Source: a virus. Taken from it: a DNA stretch of 64,000 nt. The stretch lies in IMG/VR virus record IMGVR_UViG_3300034103_002674, positions 6,301-70,300 of that record, one strand, 5' to 3'. Position numbers and translations under genes: made by a program. Of the stretch, positions 17,941 to 25,072 are shown piece by piece. The number at the start of each line of letters is the position of its first letter. The stretch's first letter is position 1. Below the pieces are notes generated by a model. The model did no database searches and was not told the origin of the DNA. It worked only from the letters and a program-made list of their open reading frames with translations.

Positions 17941-18248
17941 TGGTCTTTTTCGCGACTCTCTACCATCTTAATGATGCGATTTGCCCACGCCCTACCAGCA
18001 TCTCCTCCCCACAAAAGCCACGCAATGTAGCCTGCATCGTTTTCACCTCCACTTTTATTCTTTTCGTGACGAGAGAAGAACGCTGACATGCGCTTAATAG
18101 TGGCGAAGCTTACGGCCCCGCCGCCAGCTAAATCAGAAGCCCTGGCCACTCCACTGCCAATGCCTTGCTTGCCTGCCTCTTGCGTCGTCAATCCTCCTTT
18201 CCCATGCTTCTTGCGCAGCTCCAGGCCGCGACGAGCCGCAGATCGCAC
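17937..18248 (-). CDS. Basic head-associated domain, probably made as a -1 frameshift extension of 18284..18556
   Basis: 'AARRGLELRKK...TIKRMSAFFSRH...IAWLLWGGDAG'. No ATG start; the frame is open back to the A_AAA_AAG site. Confidence 0.7.
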   Translation of the reverse strand: MRSAARRGLELRKKHGKGGLTTQEAGKQGIGSGVARASDLAGGGAVSFATIKRMSAFFSRHEKNKSGGENDAGYIAWLLWGGDAGRAWANRIIKMVESREKDQ

Positions 18249-18283
18249 AGCAGCAGGAGGGGCAAAGCTTTCAGCGTCACCCC

Positions 18284-18556
18284 TTAGCGCTTTTTTCCGC
18301 AGGAGCCATCCTCCATTTCTTCCATCCCTTCCTCTTCTTCCTCTTCCTCTTCTTCCTCTTCGCCGATGAGAGTCATAAAATAATTATCCCAATAAGCATC
18401 GCTCTTGCCTTGACGGCTCATGCCGGCTTCCGACAGAGCAATTGCAATCGCCTGCTTACGATTCTTGACGGGCTTCTTGTCGCTGCCCTTCAAGGTGCCG
18501 GCTTTGAATTCGCGCATAACTTTAGCAACTTTTGCTTGCTTTTCTTTCGTAGTCAT
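18284..18556 (-). CDS. Small basic protein (DUF6496-like) with a poly-Glu tract
   Basis: 'KVAKVMREFKAGTL...NRKQAIAIALSEAG', then E11, ending GGA AAA AAG CGC TAA. Confidence 0.75.
   Translation of the reverse strand: MTTKEKQAKVAKVMREFKAGTLKGSDKKPVKNRKQAIAIALSEAGMSRQGKSDAYWDNYFMTLIGEEEEEEEEEEEGMEEMEDGSCGKKR
18290..18296 (-). other. Candidate programmed -1 frameshift site with downstream hairpin
   Basis: In-frame A_AAA_AAG, a 5-nt spacer, then a stem-loop AGGGGU...GCCCCU. Confidence 0.7.
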
Positions 18557-18575
18557 GACTAAGCTTTGAGCGTGA

Positions 18576-19286
18576 TTAATTAATAAATCCTATCGGAGCC
18601 GTGGCAATTTTTACGCCTGGAAGAATCCTATCCCTACATAAAACCATTCCAGTAATTAAGCGTTCAGCAATAAAAGCAATTGCACGCTTGTCATATCCTT
18701 CAATGGAAAGAAAATGCTCTTTGTTTTCGCGCCAAATTGGAGCAAGTCCGACAAATAATGTTGTCATGAAGCGCAAATAAGATTGCCTTGGCCCGCGTGC
18801 CATATTGCAGCCAACAAAGGAAGACTGCGCCCAGATCTTATCAATCTCCTCGCGCGTAAAAATCCACTTGCCTTCGTCTGCTAATTTGCGCGTAATTGCT
18901 GGTGCATCAAACGCAGAATGACCGCCGTAGAACTGTTGTTCAAGCGTACAGGAGAATTGAGCCGGTTCTGGCACATACAAAGTTTCCGGGCAATACCATT
19001 CATCTTCTGGCTCTAACCAATTACGCCGATACTGTGCATTGCCAATGTTGAGCTCTTTTGCATTAAGAATCATCCAATGCACGCACGAAAGCTCTCCCCA
19101 TCGATCATTTAATGGAGACAGCATGGCATTTTCATCGTCAAAAGCATAGCCTTCAGCACGAAGACTTTCGCGCTCTTCTTGGCTCAGCGCATGACTTCCT
19201 CCCATAATGGGAACAATGCGAGATTTGGCCGTGTAACGCACCTTCTCCCCTGGGATGCACACCGCATAAATGGTGCTGTCAGCCAT
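18576..19286 (-). CDS. DUF4422 / GT111-like glycosyltransferase
   Basis: 'LNDRWGELSCVHW...IGNAQYRR...CNM...RAIAFIAERL' matches the DUF4422 pattern (N..xEL..yW...G..hYRR...R..gfl.ERL). Confidence 0.7.
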   Translation of the reverse strand: MADSTIYAVCIPGEKVRYTAKSRIVPIMGGSHALSQEERESLRAEGYAFDDENAMLSPLNDRWGELSCVHWMILNAKELNIGNAQYRRNWLEPEDEWYCPETLYVPEPAQFSCTLEQQFYGGHSAFDAPAITRKLADEGKWIFTREEIDKIWAQSSFVGCNMARGPRQSYLRFMTTLFVGLAPIWRENKEHFLSIEGYDKRAIAFIAERLITGMVLCRDRILPGVKIATAPIGFIN

Positions 19287-20001
19287 CTCCATACACCTTA
19301 CGGGCTTGCCACAGCTCATTGTAATTGTTGACGCCCTTAGCGCCAAGTCCAGTCAAGTCGCCACCGCCAGCAGGCTTACTCCACGCCATGATCGTGCCAT
19401 CGGGGAGCACAAAGGCCCTGTTCTTCTGGCTGTGCGTAGGCGTTAACTCGAGGTAGTCGCCATAAACGAAATCGGCTTGGCTTCCATTCGCTGCCAAAGC
19501 TTTCCCAAGCAAAGTTGGGCCAGTGGGGCACAATGGAGTGATGCCGTAATATTGCTCGATGCAATTCGCAACAATCATTTCAATGGCAGTTTGCAAAGCA
19601 GGATTACTTGGCTGGGAATAAAGCACCGTCGTGGCGCACGCCCAGCTTGTATAGCTAAAGCGCTGAATATCACGAAAAGCCAAGAACTTAATTCGCGGCC
19701 CAAGATCCACCGCATTAAAAGCCCTCGCGCCAATATCAAAATACCAGCCACCAAGCTTATTCAATAGACAGAAACGCCCAAGATCCGCCTTGTAAGAAAA
19801 AGGCCTCAGCGTATCGTACGCCCATAGCACTTCTTCTTCATAGTTATCAGCAATGAAAGCTCGAAGTGAATCGTTGTTATAAATGACATGCTTTGCTTCA
19901 GGGAAGCAAGCATCAATGGTGCCCGTAGCATGCTCGAGGAACGGACTAAGCTTTTCCGCTGGATCAGTGGAAAGAAAGATTTGTGAAATTTGCATGATCA
20001 A
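19279..20001 (-). CDS. Glycosyltransferase family 32-like (sugar-binding DxD region)
   Basis: 'YKADLGRFCLLNKLGGWYFDI...PTGPTLL'. Confidence 0.8.
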   Translation of the reverse strand: MIMQISQIFLSTDPAEKLSPFLEHATGTIDACFPEAKHVIYNNDSLRAFIADNYEEEVLWAYDTLRPFSYKADLGRFCLLNKLGGWYFDIGARAFNAVDLGPRIKFLAFRDIQRFSYTSWACATTVLYSQPSNPALQTAIEMIVANCIEQYYGITPLCPTGPTLLGKALAANGSQADFVYGDYLELTPTHSQKNRAFVLPDGTIMAWSKPAGGGDLTGLGAKGVNNYNELWQARKVYGDG

Positions 20002-21221
20002 ACAATCTTCGCGGGAGTGCCAAAGCCTTTAAACTCAGGAGCGGCTGGCTTTGCATTAAGAGTGCGTTCTACCACGTCAAGAAGCTGCTGTTGAATATAA
20101 GGCCAGGTAAAAGGCTCTTCGTGCAAACGGTTATAGCACCATTGCCCATCTTTCTTCAACGCATCGCGATTTTCATAATAATATGACAAGATTTCCGCTG
20201 CGCTTTCAGGGTCAGGAAGCAAACGTTCAAGACCATAGTTGCGATCAGTCTCAGAAGCGTTGCATTGAATACGAGGCATCTCATCAAAGATCTCAGCAAG
20301 GCTTGTATGGTCAGGCACAACTTGCGCCACGCCAACGGAGCCATGCTCGCTATTGACTAAGCCCCAGCCCTCTCCAATGCAAGTGTTGAGCCCAATATCA
20401 GCAGCGTTATACACTTTGTTTAGCTGTTCAATAGAGAGGCAGTTGTCCACCGAGAAATGAGGACTAGTAAGAATCAGCTTGCTTGTCGCATCAAAACCTT
20501 CATCGCGGGCAATGCGCTTAAATAATGGAATGACTTGCCACCCAAGATCTTTGCTACCCATATTGAGCCACAGACGAGCATCATCCTTATCTTTTGCAAA
20601 CTTGATAAATGCCTTAAGTGTTAAATCGATGCGTTTTCGCGGTTGGTTCCTATTGCCATTAAATACGATGAATACATCCTCTGGTACGCCCAGCTCCTTG
20701 CGACACTGCTGTTTATCAAGAGGAAAAAATTTGGTAAAGTCGGTGCCGTGCCCGATAATATCAATCGGCCCGTCCCATCCCATCAAGCGCAGTTCTTTTT
20801 CAGCAAACTGCGTATAAGTGGCAAGACCATCCCACCCTTCCATTTGCCGCTTCAGTTCCGGAAACAATCCATAGGAGTCAATGGGAGTATAGACAAACCA
20901 TTTGAAGCCAAGTTTTTCCCTAAGTGAATTGGCTTGCTCCCACAAGTTGATAGCAATCCAAATATCATTTGTCACCCAAACAAGATCTGGTTTTTCTGCT
21001 TGAATGATGCTGGCAATGCGATGCGACCCAAACGGATCGGATCCATGCAGCATGGCTGGATACACCTTGTATTTCTTCGCCTCGGGATGGGGGTCGCCAT
21101 GGTAGTTTGTGCTCATTACCACCACTTCATGCTTTTGAGCAAGAGCAGGCAGTAGATATTGGGCCACTCTCCCAAATCCCGTTTCTACAAATGCATCGCC
21201 GCAATAGAGAATTTTTGCCAT
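19998..21221 (-). CDS. Glycosyltransferase family 4 (GT-B)
   Basis: 'TGFGRV...IIGHGTD...NRNQPRKRID...YNAADIG...GEGWGL...E'. Confidence 0.9.
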   Translation of the reverse strand: MAKILYCGDAFVETGFGRVAQYLLPALAQKHEVVVMSTNYHGDPHPEAKKYKVYPAMLHGSDPFGSHRIASIIQAEKPDLVWVTNDIWIAINLWEQANSLREKLGFKWFVYTPIDSYGLFPELKRQMEGWDGLATYTQFAEKELRLMGWDGPIDIIGHGTDFTKFFPLDKQQCRKELGVPEDVFIVFNGNRNQPRKRIDLTLKAFIKFAKDKDDARLWLNMGSKDLGWQVIPLFKRIARDEGFDATSKLILTSPHFSVDNCLSIEQLNKVYNAADIGLNTCIGEGWGLVNSEHGSVGVAQVVPDHTSLAEIFDEMPRIQCNASETDRNYGLERLLPDPESAAEILSYYYENRDALKKDGQWCYNRLHEEPFTWPYIQQQLLDVVERTLNAKPAAPEFKGFGTPAKIV

Positions 21222-21283
21222 GGTTCTCTCGAAATCTTCGTCATCATAAGCAGCTTCTATACTTACGGCACAAGGAGAAAACT

Positions 21284-21973
21284 ATGCTGTCGCCATCTTC
21301 TGTACGCTTTTGCATCAGCACTTGCAACAAGTTTGCCGCTCATACGCTTAAGACCATTATTCCCTCTCTCACTCGCGCTGGAATTGGCACCAATGAAATC
21401 TTAATCATCAATGGAGGCCAAGAAAACTGGCAAATTGACCATTACGGCGACGTACCAATGATTTGCACACCGCAAAACTCCTTTGAATACACGCCCCTCA
21501 TTGAAATTGTCGAACACAATCTCATGAGCCCCTTTTGGTTCCTCCTTCATGACACTTGCATTGCCGGGCCAGCATTCAAAAGCCTCGTTTACGATCCGCC
21601 AGAAGCTTTTGAGAAGGTGGCGATGAAGCACACGCCATCAATGAGTATCGGTCTTTACAGCATGGACTATCTCATGCGTCATAAAGATCGTCTCGCAGCG
21701 ATTAAAAACATGGACAGCTCGCCGCAGGCATTGCAAGCATGGAAACAATGGGGAGTGCCTAACGAAGACTACATGCTTTGGAAGCTGAGAGATTCACCAA
21801 CGGGCCTTTATCACCCTGATAAACATGGCATCGATGAATGGAATTATCAAGGGCATGCGGATGTCTATGGAACCGGCATGCCTCGCCGCATAGAATACTT
21901 TCCACAGTTGGACCTGTTCAAAGCCAAATCAAACTGGCAGGGAGTGCAGCCAACGCTTTGCATTGACATTTAA
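21284..21973 (+). CDS. Putative GT-A-like glycosyltransferase
   Basis: 'FCIST...IPSL...ILIINGG...NSFEY...FLLHDT...NED'; AAGGAG Shine-Dalgarno before ATG at 21284. Confidence 0.55.
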   Translation: MLSPSSVRFCISTCNKFAAHTLKTIIPSLTRAGIGTNEILIINGGQENWQIDHYGDVPMICTPQNSFEYTPLIEIVEHNLMSPFWFLLHDTCIAGPAFKSLVYDPPEAFEKVAMKHTPSMSIGLYSMDYLMRHKDRLAAIKNMDSSPQALQAWKQWGVPNEDYMLWKLRDSPTGLYHPDKHGIDEWNYQGHADVYGTGMPRRIEYFPQLDLFKAKSNWQGVQPTLCIDI

Positions 21974-22950
21974 TGACGCTCAAAATTGCGATTGTCGGTG
22001 GCGGCTGGACTGGATGCCATTTAGCTTCACGCTTAATGAGCGAAGCTGATGTGACATTGTTTGAGCGTAATGAAATACTTATTTCTGAAGCCTCATTGAT
22101 CAATCAAAATCGTTTGCACTATGGCTATCACTACGCCAGGAATCATGCCACGCGCATGTTATGCAAAAATACGTTTGAGCGGTTCATGCTTGACTATGGT
22201 CGTCTAACAGAGAACATTCAAAACAATTTCTATGCGGTGTCAGAAGACGAAAGCTTGCTAGATGCAGAAACCATTCGACTTATTTTCAAGGACTGGCCAC
22301 ACACGGAAGCGGATGCAAGCCTACTGAATCACTCATCATTGCTTTTGCACACCATCGAAAAATATATATCACCAACTGCCACTGGTAAATATTTTGAAGA
22401 GCTATTGCTTCCCATTGTCAGAAGAGAAGAAATCAACGAAAGCTCTATTGCGCTGCTAAAGCAAGACTATGATTTTGTTTTTGATTGCACCAACAATTCT
22501 CTTTTGCCTGCTATCGAGGGAGACTATTTTGAGGCAGTAGCAATGTTTGTCTATCGCCCAATTAAAATGCCGCCATTTGGCGCCCTCACTTTTATTGACG
22601 GAGAATTGTTTTCCATCTATCCATATGGCTCTTCAATGTTTTCACTGAGCCATGTCAAGCTTGGCATTATTGAGCAAAAGGAAATGAATTGCTTTGGCAA
22701 TAACTATGGTTCAATGCATGACCGTCGATATTCAATGGAGGAGCATGTAATGCGCTATTGGCCCGAGTTTCATGATTATTTTAAATACGTATTTCCAGTG
22801 GTATCAATTAAAGCAAAAAGCAAAAATGCCAGCGCCCAGCGCACTCCTATCTTTAGGCAACAAGATAATCTGTTGTCTTTTTATACCGGCAAAATTCAAG
22901 GGATCTACGCCATCGAAGCAATGGCTAAAGAAGCGCTGTCTCAAGCGTAA
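21973..22950 (+). CDS. FAD-dependent oxidoreductase (DAO-like, polysaccharide-locus type)
   Basis: 'IAIVGGGWTG' Rossmann motif; 'ASLINQNRLHYGYHY'; 'GKI' near the C-terminus. Confidence 0.85.
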   Translation: MTLKIAIVGGGWTGCHLASRLMSEADVTLFERNEILISEASLINQNRLHYGYHYARNHATRMLCKNTFERFMLDYGRLTENIQNNFYAVSEDESLLDAETIRLIFKDWPHTEADASLLNHSSLLLHTIEKYISPTATGKYFEELLLPIVRREEINESSIALLKQDYDFVFDCTNNSLLPAIEGDYFEAVAMFVYRPIKMPPFGALTFIDGELFSIYPYGSSMFSLSHVKLGIIEQKEMNCFGNNYGSMHDRRYSMEEHVMRYWPEFHDYFKYVFPVVSIKAKSKNASAQRTPIFRQQDNLLSFYTGKIQGIYAIEAMAKEALSQA

Positions 22951-23681
22951 ATGCTGCGGAACAGTGGATAGTCGCGCATGTGCTTTTTAGCTTGAAACAA
23001 CTCGCGGACAATTGCACCTTCGTAGTTGATTCCATCAAGCATTCGTTTTATTTGCTTGTGTTCGTATTTATTAAGCAGCGGACCATTGTCAGTATCGCTG
23101 ATATGCACATGAGCAATGTAAGGCCAGTAATGATTCAATAACTTCTTAGGGCTATCGCCCTGAAGCCAGGCATTATTAGTATCGAGCATTGTCTTGACAT
23201 TTTTAAGATTGCAGAAATCAATGTGATTAACAATTTCGTTCACAGTAAAGAAATAAGATCCTCCGTAGCATTTTGCTACAGGCTCGATACAGAGGATGGC
23301 TCCGTTTGCATCCAATACTGCATCCATGCGCTTCAATACGTTCATCAAGCATGATGGACTTCCTTTACGTAGATTCGGGCTTCCCAAGACAAAGCGCTTG
23401 ATTCCCATGAGAGAACCAAGTCCGATCACTTTTAGCAAATGCTCCGACACTGCTGTTGTATCTTCAAAGCTTTGCACATTGCTTTGAAAAAACAATGCTT
23501 GAGCTGAATATGCCCATAAGCCATAGCTCTCGCGGTATTCTTTCGCAATATCGGCGCAGTCTTTGTCTTGAGCGAAGATGCGTGCAGGCACGATCTCCAG
23601 CACGTTAAATGCTCCCGCGTTAGCACTTAAGATTTGCTCTTCTTCCTCATCGGTCCAGCCGATGGCACTAATTCCAAGCAT
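22941..23681 (-). CDS. Sugar phosphate isomerase/epimerase (xylose-isomerase-like TIM barrel)
   Basis: 'GISAIGW...EIVP...VLGSP..R...CIEP...MLDT.N...HVHISD'. Confidence 0.8.
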   Translation of the reverse strand: MLGISAIGWTDEEEEQILSANAGAFNVLEIVPARIFAQDKDCADIAKEYRESYGLWAYSAQALFFQSNVQSFEDTTAVSEHLLKVIGLGSLMGIKRFVLGSPNLRKGSPSCLMNVLKRMDAVLDANGAILCIEPVAKCYGGSYFFTVNEIVNHIDFCNLKNVKTMLDTNNAWLQGDSPKKLLNHYWPYIAHVHISDTDNGPLLNKYEHKQIKRMLDGINYEGAIVRELFQAKKHMRDYPLFRSIYA

Positions 23682-24390
23682 TGATAAAAGCCTCCATCTT
23701 TTTCATTATCTTTGCTTTGTCATCTTTATATGGAGGAATGTTATATTCCACACGCGGACCACTGCCTACTTTTGCATCTGGGAAAAAGCGCTCAATAATC
23801 TCCGCTGTCTCAATGGGAGCTGTATACAGTTCATTTGTAGTGCCACTGATAGCCCTCTTTGTATCTGTCCACAAATCATCCAAACAGTACCATTGATAAG
23901 CCGAATTGATATTAATCTTTTCCACGTTATTGTTCGTTAATAGGTCAAACAGGATATTCTTTTTAATGAAACGATGGAATAATGCGGGGAGGCGAATAAT
24001 TGTCACCACCGAATCGCGAAACGCGGCTTTGACAAGCATCTCGAAGATGTAGCGATTAGTACCGTAATCAATAGCAAAAATTTCCGGAGTGCCGTCTGCA
24101 TAATATGCAGTTTGCCCATGCACGTCAATCGTTGAATAAACAATGACTTCCGCTGGCCTTGGAAGATGTCGGATGTTTTGAATGATGCTGTTCATATTGT
24201 CAAAATCAGCCAGCGGCGCTGCATTGGCCTTCCATTTCTCCGCTGGCATGCAAGCCAGGTAGAGCCTTTCAATGGGCTCCTTAAATGACGAAGCTTTATG
24301 AATATTTTGGGAATGAAAACAGGCGCCAAACTCATGCGCCTCACGAAGCACTTGTCCGATGAGGCCAGTGCTGCCAACTAAAACGTCCAT
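23668..24390 (-). CDS. NAD(P)-dependent epimerase/dehydratase-like (short SDR)
   Basis: 'VLVGSTGLIG...PAEKWKAN...STIDV...YG.NR..FE...IIRLPALF'. Confidence 0.8.
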   Translation of the reverse strand: MDVLVGSTGLIGQVLREAHEFGACFHSQNIHKASSFKEPIERLYLACMPAEKWKANAAPLADFDNMNSIIQNIRHLPRPAEVIVYSTIDVHGQTAYYADGTPEIFAIDYGTNRYIFEMLVKAAFRDSVVTIIRLPALFHRFIKKNILFDLLTNNNVEKININSAYQWYCLDDLWTDTKRAISGTTNELYTAPIETAEIIERFFPDAKVGSGPRVEYNIPPYKDDKAKIMKKMEAFINAWN

Positions 24391-24391
24391 C

Positions 24392-25072
24392 TCAAACTGC
24401 CACAGTTGGCGCTTGCTGTCGGAAGTATTTTACGCTGCATCGGCAGTTCGCACGGCATGCGCAGCGCTGCCCTGGAAGCGGTACGCTACCAATGGGAACC
24501 ATGCCACGAGCAGCATAATCCAGGCAATCTTGGCAATGCTTCGCCTGGGAATCAAGGATGCGCCGCATCAATGAATATCCTTGTTTTTCTTGCCGAATAC
24601 TAGCTCCTTCCCAAAAACTGCCGCGTATAGCTTGAGCGTATAGGCCGATGCGAGCAAGAGACTGGGCAACAGAAACGCGACCGCCCAGAAGGTCATTAGC
24701 AAAATTCTGTAAGTAAGCATATTCCACACGGAGACGCTGCCCGATGCGCCCCCAGTCGGTAGCCACCATTGTTTCGCGCCCGCCATTGCCGATGATTGCC
24801 GCTTGTACGTGAACAAGCTTAAGTGCTTCCCTCACGCTTCCTTGCCATTGATCCAGCGTAATATCACCAGCGCTAAGCATACGTGTAAAACGCCGTAGCT
24901 CAGCGCCAAGCTTGTTAATTCGACCATCCACCAGTGCTTCCACTGCACGAGCGCTGAGAAAGCGTCCGTTAGTGCCGCGATACCGACCACTGATAGGGTC
25001 GTAACGCCAGGATGATTCGTCAAAACGAACAATGGCTTCAGAGAATTGAGAAAGATCATTGAGGCTGGACAT
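24392..25072 (-). CDS. Head morphogenesis protein (Mu gpF / SPP1 gp7-like)
   Basis: C-terminal 'HCQDC...PLPG..C.C.ANCRC'; follows the portal gene. Confidence 0.75.
   Translation of the reverse strand: MSSLNDLSQFSEAIVRFDESSWRYDPISGRYRGTNGRFLSARAVEALVDGRINKLGAELRRFTRMLSAGDITLDQWQGSVREALKLVHVQAAIIGNGGRETMVATDWGRIGQRLRVEYAYLQNFANDLLGGRVSVAQSLARIGLYAQAIRGSFWEGASIRQEKQGYSLMRRILDSQAKHCQDCLDYAARGMVPIGSVPLPGQRCACRANCRCSVKYFRQQAPTVAV

Noticed and set aside
21973-22950. UDP-galactopyranose mutase (glf)
   Set aside because: It has the FAD motif but lacks the Glf 'HxYGxHIFH' signature; it matches the NQxRLHxGxHY oxidoreductase type instead.
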